59,725 nt of DNA, from positions 1 to 59,725 of IMG/VR virus record IMGVR_UViG_3300012041_000004. One strand, given 5' to 3'. The DNA is from a virus. Lineage: Duplodnaviria; Caudoviricetes. The notes under the pieces are model-generated. The model was given only the letters and a program-made list of their open reading frames with translations. It had not been told where the DNA came from and did no database searches. The translations under genes were made by a program, and so were the position numbers. Of the stretch, positions 48,037 to 56,829 are shown in pieces (position 1 is the first letter of the stretch; the number at the start of each line of letters is the position of its first letter).

Positions 48037-48405
48037 TCAGGCGCCCGTGGTGCCCTCCCCCATGCTTTCGGGGGACTTGGGGGCGGGCGGCACGCTCCCG
48101 GTCCCGCGCGGGCGCTTGGGGGCGCTCGTGGGGGACTTGGCGGCACCGCGTCCACGCGCCGCGCTTGACGCCCGTGCGGGCGTCCCGGTCGCGACCTGAC
48201 CGCGTGCCCGCTTGACGAGCGCGTCCACGATGCGGTCGCGCTCAGGGCCGGTGTACGCGTGCGTGGTGTAGTCCTCGTGCGTGGCCTTGTTGAACCGGGC
48301 CATGTTGGCCCGTGCCCACGAGCGCACGCGCTTGGCGTCGCACTTGACGCCGCGCTTGGTGACGAGGAGCGCGACCGCGTTCGCGGAGTAGGTCTGTGCG
48401 GGCAT
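48037..48405 (-). CDS. Basic DNA-binding-like protein in a GC-rich island
   Basis: AGGAGG RBS, ATG 48405; HTH-like core and Ala/Pro/Arg tail. Confidence 0.6.
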   Translation of the reverse strand: MPAQTYSANAVALLVTKRGVKCDAKRVRSWARANMARFNKATHEDYTTHAYTGPERDRIVDALVKRARGQVATGTPARASSAARGRGAAKSPTSAPKRPRGTGSVPPAPKSPESMGEGTTGA

Positions 48406-48780
48406 GACTGCCCTCCTGTAGCCCGGTCGCATTCGGACCGGTGCGAGGGCACCGTACAGGACGCTCAGGACGCCCGTCAAGCCTGACCGCGTGCCTGACT
48501 TTGGTCCTGACACGCCTCCAGGTCGCCTTGCTGACACGAGCCAGGCGCGCTTGACTGTCCCACGCAAGCGCGCTTGCGACTCGGGCGCAGGTCGCCTTGA
48601 CAACTTCTCTCAAGGGGCCTTGACAACTTTTTTTGTCTCCTGATGCTGAGGATCCGCTTAAGGTGAATGATTGCAGCCGTATATAAACGGTGGTTTATAT
48701 GTGATTGTACGAACGTAGTAGTTGCTGAGGTTCACGGAACCCCAACAACCTAGTTGATAAGAAAGCCCGAAGGGTTTCGT

Positions 48781-49180
48781 GCTGCTGATGCTGATCTTGC
48801 TGCTGATCCTGCTGCTGATCCTGATGCTACTCCATAGCATCGCAGCATCAGCCTCTGCAGGCCGCCCAGGGATCCATCCCTCGGCCACAGGGCGGAACCT
48901 GCCCGGCTGCTGATCCTGATCCTTGTTCTTGGTCGGCAAGTAGTTGGGATGCGGAGGTGTGAAGGCGGAACCTGGTGTTATGGGCGGAGATCTACGTTGA
49001 GCGGCTATATGAAGCTTATTATGGATCCCAGGCTAAGAGGCATAGGGATAGGGCAAGTAGACTAAGAGGCGGCCCAAAGCTGCTGATCTTGAGGCGACCC
49101 CCCCATGCTTTCCTGGAGGAACTGCTCGAAACCATGAGCTCACATGCTTCCCCTCTACCCAGGGATTGGCTGCTGATCCT
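48781..49180 (+). repeat. Cluster of GCTGCTGATC(C/T)T repeats
   Basis: Copies at 48799, 48811, 48906, 49079 and 49169, plus partial copies at 48781-48798. Confidence 0.8.
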
Positions 49181-49195
49181 CGTGTATGATGTACA

Positions 49196-49235
49196 CACAA
49201 AGAAAGGGCTGAGGATGATTAGATCCCCAGCCCTT
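49196..49235 (-). terminator. Intrinsic terminator of the early operon
   Basis: AAGGGCTGGGGAT-loop-ATCCTCAGCCCTT followed by TCTTTGT on the minus strand. Confidence 0.75.
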
Positions 49236-49254
49236 GAGAGTTAGCGGAAGAGGA

Positions 49255-49791
49255 TTACTCCTCGTCCTCCTCCTCATCCTCGTCATCCGAGTCCTCGCCA
49301 AGGAGATCATCGACCTCCTCATCCGAAGCCTCATCCGAGTCCTCGTCGGCAAGATCGGCCAGCTCCTCGAGCTCATCCGTGACTTCCGTCGCGTCTGCCT
49401 CGACCTTCTTGGCCTTCTTCGCCTTGGGCTTCTTCTCCGCCTTTGCGGTTGCGCCAGCCTGGAGCAGCTCCCGGATGTGGTCGACCTCTTCCTGGGTGAG
49501 GTCGTACCGGGTGTACTCCTTGTCGGCGTGCCCGCCATCCTCACTGCGGAGGATCCGGCGGAGACGAACGGGCGTGATCCCGAGCTGGGCTGCGGCATCC
49601 TTGGTGGAGAGCCCCTGGCGCTCCGGCTTGGCTGCCTTGGCCTTCTTCGACTTCTTCGGCGCCTCCGCCTCGGAAGCCTCGGCGAGCTCCTCGACCTCGT
49701 CCAGCTCCTCGAGATCATCGTCCTCATCTTCGGACGGCTCGGGATCGGGAACGACCGTCGGCTTGGTCGCCTTCTTCGTGGGTGTTGCCAC
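49255..49791 (-). CDS. HTH protein with long acidic arms and Lys-rich patches
   Basis: LSTKDAAAQLGITPVRLRRILR MerR-like HTH; own promoter, AGGAGG RBS and terminator. Confidence 0.8.
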   Translation of the reverse strand: MATPTKKATKPTVVPDPEPSEDEDDDLEELDEVEELAEASEAEAPKKSKKAKAAKPERQGLSTKDAAAQLGITPVRLRRILRSEDGGHADKEYTRYDLTQEEVDHIRELLQAGATAKAEKKPKAKKAKKVEADATEVTDELEELADLADEDSDEASDEEVDDLLGEDSDDEDEEEDEE

Positions 49792-49837
49792 CTGAGACCT
49801 CCTGTGCTGTTGGACTTCTGTCCAACCTTGCGTACCT

Positions 49838-49867
49838 ATTATAATAGATCTTGAAGCGGTTTGTCAA
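49838..49867 (-). promoter_or_regulatory. Sigma70-type promoter
   Basis: TTGACA-18 bp-TATAAT. Confidence 0.8.
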
Positions 49868-49899
49868 CGACCTCTTTCTTCTGTGAGCTACTTCCTAAT

Positions 49900-50202
49900 C
49901 TACCCCTCCTCCACTTCTACGGGCTCCACGAGGGAACCGGGCACTCGGATGTCCCCGCGGAACCTTCCCACAGGGCTGTCGAGGCGGACGATAAGCTTAG
50001 AGACCTTCTTACCCACCACCGTCGCCTCCATCCCTCTCAGGTAGGTTGGGCGGATGGTAGGCACGAAGCGTACCTTGGAACCGACGGGGATCGCGGAGAA
50101 GTTGCGAACCCCAATAGACTTCTTCCTACCCTGGATGGCGAGGAGGAGATCATCCAGATCCTCGTCGTGCTGACCCCTGCGGATCTCTGCGATGAGGCTC
50201 AT
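49900..50202 (-). CDS. Hypothetical protein, SH3-like C-terminal barrel
   Basis: GSKVRF...G..ATVV.K....LIVRLD pattern; GAGG RBS. Confidence 0.6.
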   Translation of the reverse strand: MSLIAEIRRGQHDEDLDDLLLAIQGRKKSIGVRNFSAIPVGSKVRFVPTIRPTYLRGMEATVVGKKVSKLIVRLDSPVGRFRGDIRVPGSLVEPVEVEEG

Positions 50203-50517
50203 CTACCTCTCCATCCCGGCCATGGCAACGAAGTGCTGCCCGCCGTAATCGAACCCGAGCTCGAGGGGGCCGTTCCCATCGAAGTTCTCCGAGATGTACT
50301 GCCCCATGCGAAGGAAGGCGGCAGCCACCATCGACTCGGTGCCATCTCGTGACGGATGGATGATGTCGACCACCGTCGAGATGACGATGCTCTCACCCTG
50401 GTTCTCGGCGCCAAAGGCGGGCTGTGCTGTCTTGCGAGTTGCTGTTGCCACGTAATCCTCCTCGTAATCTACTTCATCGACCATTGGTGCTGGATGATCC
50501 AGCGGGTCGTAAGCCAC
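50203..50517 (-). CDS. Hypothetical protein
   Basis: Operon packing. Confidence 0.55.
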   Translation of the reverse strand: MAYDPLDHPAPMVDEVDYEEDYVATATRKTAQPAFGAENQGESIVISTVVDIIHPSRDGTESMVAAAFLRMGQYISENFDGNGPLELGFDYGGQHFVAMAGMER

Positions 50518-50520
50518 TTC

Positions 50521-50745
50521 TTACCCCCTTGGGTCTGGGATGTTCCCTGCCTCAACCTTGTCGAGGAAGTCAGCTGCCGGTGTGGGATCGTTGAACCACC
50601 GGACGAGGAAGGGCTGATCCCTACCCGCATCCTGGACTGATGTTCGGAACCGGATGGAACCATCCTCCTTGACCACCTCCTCCACTACTCCAACCCGCGT
50701 AACCGGCCAACTTCGCCGGATCATAGTCGTAACCTTGTCTGCCAC
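50521..50745 (-). CDS. Hypothetical protein
   Basis: GAGG RBS; operon packing. Confidence 0.55.
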   Translation of the reverse strand: MADKVTTMIRRSWPVTRVGVVEEVVKEDGSIRFRTSVQDAGRDQPFLVRWFNDPTPAADFLDKVEAGNIPDPRG

Positions 50746-50748
50746 TTC

Positions 50749-50865
50749 TTACCTCTGCTGGTGGATGATGATGTAGGCTAGAACGTGAGCCCCCAAGTAC
50801 ATCACGGTGAGGAGGATGAATAGCCAGGCAAGCCAGCCCAAGAACTTGTCCAGCCTGCGGTTCAA
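50749..50865 (-). CDS. Small membrane peptide
   Basis: MNRRLDKFLGWLAWLFILLTVMYLGAHVLAYIIIHQQR; GGAGG RBS; TTGA coupling. Confidence 0.5.
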   Translation of the reverse strand: MNRRLDKFLGWLAWLFILLTVMYLGAHVLAYIIIHQQR

Positions 50866-51095
50866 TCCACCCTCCATTCCTCAAGCATAGCCTCGAAGGA
50901 GGCATACTCGATCTTCTCGAGGCCCTGGGTAACTGCCTCGAAGGTTCCGGTGGGCAAGCGGTAGATGTTGCCGATGAAGACATCGGGCAGATCGGACCAG
51001 AGGAACCCAGCCCTGCGATCCTTGCGGTTGATGACCGGCAGTACCGGCCACTTCGGCCAGTGTTCCGCTGCCCTAACGAACTCGAGCTCGGTCAT
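50862..51095 (-). CDS. Hypothetical protein
   Basis: ATGA coupling; WP.WPVLPV...WRVD. Confidence 0.6.
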   Translation of the reverse strand: MTELEFVRAAEHWPKWPVLPVINRKDRRAGFLWSDLPDVFIGNIYRLPTGTFEAVTQGLEKIEYASFEAMLEEWRVD

Positions 51096-51319
51096 CCGAA
51101 GTACCAGACCATGGATGTGTGAAGGCATTGTGCACGGGAAGCGTTGGGGTGGCGAGCTTTGAGCCCCTCGTAGCCCTGAAGGATCAAATCGATCTCCGGG
51201 ATGAAGAGCTCACGGTCGGCGAGCTCTTTGATCATGGAGTCCAGATCCGGACCTCCGTTTGGCCCTTCCGGAAGCTCCTCGAGCTCCCAGCTGTGGTCGG
51301 CGTCGTCGAGGTAGCTCAT
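51092..51319 (-). CDS. Hypothetical protein
   Basis: ATGA coupling at 51319. Confidence 0.55.
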   Translation of the reverse strand: MSYLDDADHSWELEELPEGPNGGPDLDSMIKELADRELFIPEIDLILQGYEGLKARHPNASRAQCLHTSMVWYFG

Positions 51320-51576
51320 CCGATGAGGAACTCTTGGGCGAAGTCGTTGAGCTCGTTGTTGATCTGCTCGAAGGTGGTAGTGCCGGGTTCCTCCTCGACA
51401 TCTGCCCATTCCGCGATGCCACCGGCGATGAGCTCCATGAGGGCGGAGAACTTCAACCGGCCAGCCGGGTTGTCGATTGGGTAACGATCATCTTCCTTCT
51501 CGAACTCGAAGCCCAAGATCTTGAGTCGATCGTGAACCTCCTCCGAGTCCAGGAACGGCCTGGGTTGGCTGCCCAT
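51316..51576 (-). CDS. Hypothetical acidic protein
   Basis: AGGAGG RBS downstream of a promoter. Confidence 0.6.
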   Translation of the reverse strand: MGSQPRPFLDSEEVHDRLKILGFEFEKEDDRYPIDNPAGRLKFSALMELIAGGIAEWADVEEEPGTTTFEQINNELNDFAQEFLIG

Positions 51577-51636
51577 TAGTTCTGCCTCCTAGGTATAAAC
51601 CGGTGTCGGGCGCGGTCAGTCCGCCCCGTCCCAGTT

Positions 51637-51665
51637 ATTATAATAAACCTAAAACCGCCCGTCAA
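51637..51665 (-). promoter_or_regulatory. Sigma70-type promoter
   Basis: TTGACG-17 bp-TATAAT. Confidence 0.8.
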
Positions 51666-51682
51666 TGGGTGGATGTGAATCC

Positions 51683-52075
51683 CTACCCATCCAATTCTGG
51701 GCTGTAGTACCCGTCATCCACCGCATCCAGATCCGGATAACCGCCCCGATCCTCATAATCGGCCTCGAGATGCTGATCCTCCTGAATGTCGGGCTGTGCT
51801 TCCTGCCTCCGTGCGAGCCACTCAAGAACCCTGGTGTATGCCTGGAAGTCGGTTTGCACGAGATAGCGGATTTGATCCACTGCACTCCACAAGGCGAGGT
51901 AGGGCTTCTCGTGCTGATTGTCGACCACTGCCTGAAGGAGGAACTCGATCGTCTTCTCGTACACGGGCTCGAGGTTGACTGTGGTAGCCACTTCTAGTAC
52001 ATCCTCCGGTGTCAATCTGCCTTTGAAGGTTCCGTCCGGTGTGATGACGGTAAAGGGGAAGTCGTTATCTTCCAC
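51683..52075 (-). CDS. Hypothetical protein
   Basis: Operon packing. Confidence 0.55.
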   Translation of the reverse strand: MEDNDFPFTVITPDGTFKGRLTPEDVLEVATTVNLEPVYEKTIEFLLQAVVDNQHEKPYLALWSAVDQIRYLVQTDFQAYTRVLEWLARRQEAQPDIQEDQHLEADYEDRGGYPDLDAVDDGYYSPELDG

Positions 52076-52343
52076 TTCGCGTCCACCACAGGAGGTCGCC
52101 CATAAGGAACGGCGGCTGGGTTCGGCGGGTAAGCCAGTCGTTCAGCCTGCCTTCTACCACGCTGGGTTCCAGGGTATTGGAGTCGATGATGAGGCGGGTG
52201 TAGCCCCAGTCGCTCATCCACCCAACCTTCTGGATGCTGATCCCGTCGATGGGCATTTCCTCCAGGTTTAGCTGATGGAATGTGATATCCTCCGCGATGG
52301 ATCGCGAGTGGATGCCCTTGATAATGATGAAGTACTCCATCAC
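52065..52343 (-). CDS. Hypothetical protein
   Basis: GTGA coupling. Confidence 0.55.
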   Translation of the reverse strand: MMEYFIIIKGIHSRSIAEDITFHQLNLEEMPIDGISIQKVGWMSDWGYTRLIIDSNTLEPSVVEGRLNDWLTRRTQPPFLMGDLLWWTRSGR

Positions 52344-52618
52344 TCTTCCCTCGGTAGGGTGTCCGGATCAAAGCCCGGCTCGTGGATGCCTCCGCGAAGG
52401 AAGAACACGAAATGCTGTTCGTGCATATCCCCAGCCAGAGTTTGAATATTCACGCAGTAGTGATCGACATCTGCCCACTTCGGCGAGTTGTCGGGTTCAT
52501 CCTCTGGGATGTCGTGGTTATGTTGTTCCAGCCATGCCTGTGCCCAAGCCCCATCTTCAAAGGGGCCAACCAGGGATGTAATATCCCTCTCATCGTGGCA
52601 AGAGATGTATGCCTTCAT
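52340..52618 (-). CDS. Hypothetical protein
   Basis: GAGG RBS; abuts ruvB. Confidence 0.55.
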   Translation of the reverse strand: MKAYISCHDERDITSLVGPFEDGAWAQAWLEQHNHDIPEDEPDNSPKWADVDHYCVNIQTLAGDMHEQHFVFFLRGGIHEPGFDPDTLPREE

Positions 52619-53572
52619 CTACCTCTTCTTCCTAAGGCTAGCGAGATGTTCGCGGCCGAGGTCCGTGATCTGCCGCCCGTTGCGGATCCTCACTACCAGG
52701 CCAGAATAGAGAAGGAAGGGTTCGACGCTGTTCTCTAGTGTTACCTCCTGCTGCCTGAGCTTGGCTGCGATCGACTCGAGCCCCATTGGAGTTGTGTACT
52801 CGGCTAGGGCGCGAAGATAGTTGCGATCCATGGGTGTGAGCCCCATGTGGTCGATCTTCAACTTTGTCCAAAGAATGAGCTTGACGAAGTCCGCATCCAT
52901 TGGCCCGGTGTGATCGCGGAAAAGGGCGAAGTCCCTCAACCACTTGAGGTTGTTGTTCATGTACCTCGGGGTTCCTCGAGCCCTCTCGGCTACGAGCTGC
53001 ATGCTGTAATCATCCAACTCGATTGATAGTTTCTTGGCTGAGATCGACCCCAGTTCGGTGAGCTCGTGAACGTCGTAGAACTCGAGAGTGAATTGAAGCT
53101 GAAACCTGTCAATGAAGGGTTGGGCCAGCTTCCCAAGGTGTGTGGATGCTCCGATTACCGTCAGAGGCTGAATCTCTACCGTGCGAACGCCAGTGATGGA
53201 TGGATAAAGAAGTTTGCCATCCTCCAGAACCGGATAGAGTACCTCCTGTGTAGGAACGCGAAGTGCGTGGATCTCGTCGATGAAGAACACGGTGGGCTTG
53301 TCGAATAGGAGGATCTTCTGAGTGAGTTCTCCTGGTCGACCAGCTGTCGAACCGATGAGGTCCACCAGCTTCCATCCCAAAGTATTCGCGATGATCAATG
53401 CCAAAGTTGTCTTGCCCAACCCCGGTGGTCCAGCCAAGAGCACATGTGGCAATGGTGCCCCGCGAACCTTGGCGGATTCTAGGGCTGCAGATAGGGGCTC
53501 CTTGATGTGGTTCTGTCCGATGTACCCGTCGAGGGTAGTTGGTCGAAGTGCTTGGTCTTCAACCTTCTTCAT
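52619..53572 (-). CDS. ruvB: Holliday junction branch migration ATPase RuvB
   Basis: LRP..L.GYIGQ, GPPGLGKTTLA, FIDEIH, DRF, RGTPR, EPFL...GR. Confidence 0.92.
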   Translation of the reverse strand: MKKVEDQALRPTTLDGYIGQNHIKEPLSAALESAKVRGAPLPHVLLAGPPGLGKTTLALIIANTLGWKLVDLIGSTAGRPGELTQKILLFDKPTVFFIDEIHALRVPTQEVLYPVLEDGKLLYPSITGVRTVEIQPLTVIGASTHLGKLAQPFIDRFQLQFTLEFYDVHELTELGSISAKKLSIELDDYSMQLVAERARGTPRYMNNNLKWLRDFALFRDHTGPMDADFVKLILWTKLKIDHMGLTPMDRNYLRALAEYTTPMGLESIAAKLRQQEVTLENSVEPFLLYSGLVVRIRNGRQITDLGREHLASLRKKR

Positions 53573-53955
53573 CTAGCCTCCTGCTTCCCGAACCAGACTG
53601 GCTGATTGTTGGCATAGTCGAGGCGGAACATCTCCCAGCTCGCCGTGTCGAAGTGGGTGGCGAGGAAGATCACCTGGTTGTCGCGAACGTGGCAGTCGAT
53701 GAAAGCTGGTCCGCCTTCATCCCCCAATCCCAGGGTGAGCAGCCAGACGTCGATGTAGCCCCGCAGATCGATGATGTGGAGAACCTGGCATTCCGGGGCG
53801 TATAGATCTGCCACAGAGAGGTGGGTGTCGAACTCGTCGTAGCTTGTGTTGATAGCTTCGATGTAGCGAGCTTTGATCTGCTCGTAGGTAGTCGCTTGCT
53901 GTTCCGTCAGTTCCATTTCCATCCTACATCTTGGGGTGAGTGCGGAAGTAGTCAA
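53569..53955 (-). CDS. Hypothetical protein
   Basis: Operon packing; start uncertain. Confidence 0.5.
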   Translation of the reverse strand: MTTSALTPRCRMEMELTEQQATTYEQIKARYIEAINTSYDEFDTHLSVADLYAPECQVLHIIDLRGYIDVWLLTLGLGDEGGPAFIDCHVRDNQVIFLATHFDTASWEMFRLDYANNQPVWFGKQEAR

Positions 53956-54550
53956 GCCACTTCTCGGAGTAGGGCAGTAGATCCTTGGAGAGGCCCATCA
54001 ACTTCGCGTGACGGTTGCGGGCGAGGGCTGAGTCAATCTTCTTCCACTTGGCCGTGGTTGAATGGTTATTCATCCAGAACCCTCCAAGTGCTGCCATGTC
54101 ATCCGCAACCGCGTGGGCGTTGACGAAGAGCTTCTGCCCCATGATGCTAGACCAGCGGCGGATAGCTTCATCCTCATCATTGGTGATCCCAAGGCCGTCG
54201 AGGATCCCAGCTACCCCATAGCGAACGGCAATGGCAAAATCCTCCATGAAGCGAACCGCTGCCCGAGTTTCTGGAACTGCCTTTGCGATTGCGCGGGCGG
54301 CGTCGAAGTTACCTGGATAGTAGTCGTAGTAGGTGTCGTCGCCTCCAACCTCCCAGGCATCTTGGGCAACCAACCTTGTCCAGGTTTCAAAGTCGCGGAT
54401 GAACCTCTTTGGGGCTGTGAAGATCACGGTATGGTTGTAATCTTCGCTGTCGGAATCGGGATCTTGTTGTTCGCAAGGCTGGATACCGGGCAGTTCGTGG
54501 ATACGGTTATCTGCGCAGTAAGCCTCAAAGTTGATGCTGTACTCGGTCAT
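53924..54550 (-). CDS. Hypothetical protein
   Basis: Probable start MTEYSINF at 54550. Confidence 0.6.
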   Translation of the reverse strand: MTEYSINFEAYCADNRIHELPGIQPCEQQDPDSDSEDYNHTVIFTAPKRFIRDFETWTRLVAQDAWEVGGDDTYYDYYPGNFDAARAIAKAVPETRAAVRFMEDFAIAVRYGVAGILDGLGITNDEDEAIRRWSSIMGQKLFVNAHAVADDMAALGGFWMNNHSTTAKWKKIDSALARNRHAKLMGLSKDLLPYSEKWLDYFRTHPKM

Positions 54551-54551
54551 C

Positions 54552-54776
54552 CTAGCGATCCATGATGGAACGGGTGGGGAGGAACGGCCCGTGGCGCCAG
54601 CGGCCGATCTGGAGTGCGAGGCCGTGGGTTTCCAGGAAGTCCGTGCAGTGAACTCCAGGCAGTCGGCGAAGTTGGGTGAGGGCTCGGCGGCGGTCGGCAG
54701 ATGTCCGGTAGATCCGGATCTCGGCGAGGCGGCAGAGCGGATGGCCCGGCTCTGGTAGATATTCCACGTGGTACAT
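54552..54776 (-). CDS. Hypothetical protein
   Basis: AGGAGG RBS after a promoter. Confidence 0.55.
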   Translation of the reverse strand: MYHVEYLPEPGHPLCRLAEIRIYRTSADRRRALTQLRRLPGVHCTDFLETHGLALQIGRWRHGPFLPTRSIMDR

Positions 54777-54822
54777 CCCATACCTCCTAGTCCCGCGGGT
54801 CGCGGTCGCGCCCGTCAAGTAT

Positions 54823-54851
54823 ATTATAATATCCCAGGTTCCTATTGTCAA
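54823..54851 (-). promoter_or_regulatory. Sigma70-type promoter
   Basis: TTGACA-17 bp-TATAAT. Confidence 0.85.
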
Positions 54852-54878
54852 TGGGCAGATGTGATTCCCTTCCAGAGC

Positions 54879-55190
54879 CTAGAACATCCCGAACTCGATC
54901 TCATCCTCCAGATCCTGCCTTCGGATGTCGCTGAGGCTGGGCGGTGGGTTGCAGATAACGCAGTTGTTCCAGGCACTGGTTCCGGGGCCAACGAGGCCGA
55001 AGTGCTGCCCGAACGTTTCCTCGTGTTCTTTGATCCAATCCGCCTGGATCTCTGCCAGAGCTCTAGCCTGGACCTGGTTCTCGTTCACGTACTTCTCTCC
55101 GCACCAAGGGCATTCGTCGTAGAAGTTCTGGTCCATCCAGCAGAGGTTGCCCCCACAGGAAGTACACTTCTCGTAGAGGCTACTCGACAT
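54879..55190 (-). CDS. Zinc-ribbon protein
   Basis: CTSCGG...CPWCG...CVIC. Confidence 0.6.
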   Translation of the reverse strand: MSSSLYEKCTSCGGNLCWMDQNFYDECPWCGEKYVNENQVQARALAEIQADWIKEHEETFGQHFGLVGPGTSAWNNCVICNPPPSLSDIRRQDLEDEIEFGMF

Positions 55191-55389
55191 CTTCTTCCTC
55201 GAACTCTCCCTCATCCGGATCATCGTGATAGGGATCGCCTTCATCCTGCTCGAGGATCTCGTCGGCGTGTTCCATGTCGTATTTGTTCTCCGCGTACCAC
55301 ATCGAGTAGGCTTCCTCGTTGTAGTGGCTGTAGGCGGAAACGTCAGGGATGTTGTCCCCGCGGCGGGGTTGTCGCTTCGGACTGGGCAT
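55180..55389 (-). CDS. Small acidic protein
   Basis: TAATG coupling; GAGG RBS. Confidence 0.55.
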   Translation of the reverse strand: MPSPKRQPRRGDNIPDVSAYSHYNEEAYSMWYAENKYDMEHADEILEQDEGDPYHDDPDEGEFEEEDVE

Positions 55390-55625
55390 TACTTCTTACC
55401 TCTTGCTTCTAGCCATGCTGCCTCTAGCTGTGCGCTAAGTTCCGGATCTGCCTCCTCGGGTTCCTGCAACCCGTAACCGTTTCCATAAACCGACATCCAC
55501 CAGGCATACCAGGAGCCATCACCCCGGCGGTCGAAGGTTTTGGTGGTAATGGGGTCGATGCTGATCGTGACCCTACCCTGGGATCCAATGCCCCCGGTGA
55601 AGACGCGGACGATGTTAGTAGTCAC
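55389..55625 (-). CDS. Hypothetical protein
   Basis: Operon packing. Confidence 0.5.
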   Translation of the reverse strand: MTTNIVRVFTGGIGSQGRVTISIDPITTKTFDRRGDGSWYAWWMSVYGNGYGLQEPEEADPELSAQLEAAWLEARGKK

Positions 55626-56016
55626 GGTAGCTCTGCCCGTGGTCGTAGGCGTAGTCGAGTTCTTCCTGATCCTTCTTGGAGAAGAACCCTTCGCAAACTG
55701 CTACCACCTGAACTGCGACCGGGATGGGTTTGGCGATAGCGAGGCAGTCTCGGCAAGAGCTACCGAACTTGGTTCCGTGGCTGGATCGGGGATGGGGCCA
55801 GCAACTCACGCGGTAACAAGGCGGATCGTTGGGATCCTCCACAGGGACTCCAGCTCCGTCTTCTTCCTTACCGCACATTCTTCTCAGCCTTCCGAGCCTT
55901 GCGCCGACGGTTGCGGTTCTTGGAAACGAGCTTCTGGATGTGATCCCATGCCTTCTGATGTGCCAGAGCACGTTCGCGCTGGATGATTGCCTTTGCCTTG
56001 CGGTTCATCTTACCTC

Positions 56017-56220
56017 CTAGACCACTTTGATGATGATGCCATCCTTGCAGATGACGGTTGCGTACCACTTCCGCTCGGAGGTGGTCGGTCCCACGAGGTT
56101 GTTCACGCCGTTGGGCTGGTACTGGGATCCGAATGCGGATGTCTCCGTGAACCTGAGCTCCTTTCCGACTGCCTCCTTCAACTCCTTCTTCGTCTTGTAG
56201 CCGCGAGCTGCCATAACCAC
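56017..56220 (-). CDS. Small hypothetical protein
   Basis: AGGAGG RBS; YKTKKELKEAVG...VGP...RKWYA. Confidence 0.7.
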   Translation of the reverse strand: MVMAARGYKTKKELKEAVGKELRFTETSAFGSQYQPNGVNNLVGPTTSERKWYATVICKDGIIIKVV

Positions 56221-56232
56221 AGGCCGTACCTC

Positions 56233-56586
56233 CTAGTACACAGTGCTGAAGACGAGAGGGTCGAAGAAGCCGAGCCGCTTGGCGTTCACCCCATCTGCCT
56301 TCGCGTAGTTGTAGAGCTCGGTCTTCCAGAACTTCTTGGTGAGCTGGTGGAAGGGCAGTTGGACCGGGATGATCTTCCCGTCGATCCGCTCGGCGTAGCA
56401 ATACGAGATGTCGTACATCGGGAAGCCTGGGTCGGTGAGAACCCGGAAGCGGACGATCCGTTTGATGAGCTTGGATGTCCAGTAGAGGCGGTCGTCGTAG
56501 CTGATCTCGTCGTGGCTGATGCCCGTTTCCTCGAGAGGGTTGACGGAAACCAGGCCGTTGTACTCGGGATAGACGCGGATGCTCAC
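56233..56586 (-). CDS. Hypothetical protein
   Basis: GAGG RBS; GTGA coupling. Confidence 0.65.
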   Translation of the reverse strand: MSIRVYPEYNGLVSVNPLEETGISHDEISYDDRLYWTSKLIKRIVRFRVLTDPGFPMYDISYCYAERIDGKIIPVQLPFHQLTKKFWKTELYNYAKADGVNAKRLGFFDPLVFSTVY

Positions 56587-56819
56587 TTCTTCCTCTCGAT
56601 CTGGAAGTCGACGATCTTCTCGATCGTCTCTGCGGAAAGGGGGATGTCGTAGATCATCGCGATCACGCGCATGGCAGGCTGAGCTGCCTCGGGCGCCAGG
56701 TTCGCGGCGATGCAGTTGACAACCCTCATCCAGTCATCCCGGGTGGATGGTTCACGGCCGTCGATCATCTCTGCCTTGGCAAACGACAGAAGATCGTTCG
56801 GGCTTACCATGTTTGTCAT
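56583..56819 (-). CDS. Hypothetical protein
   Basis: AGGAGG RBS. Confidence 0.65.
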   Translation of the reverse strand: MTNMVSPNDLLSFAKAEMIDGREPSTRDDWMRVVNCIAANLAPEAAQPAMRVIAMIYDIPLSAETIEKIVDFQIERKK

Positions 56820-56829
56820 GAAGTACCTC

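Noticed and set aside
48781-49180. CRISPR array
   Set aside because: Repeats are only 12 bp, irregularly spaced and partly tandem; no cas operon is present
48658-49244. ORFs 48658-48939 and 48975-49244
   Set aside because: Low-complexity translations of repeats, with no RBS or motifs
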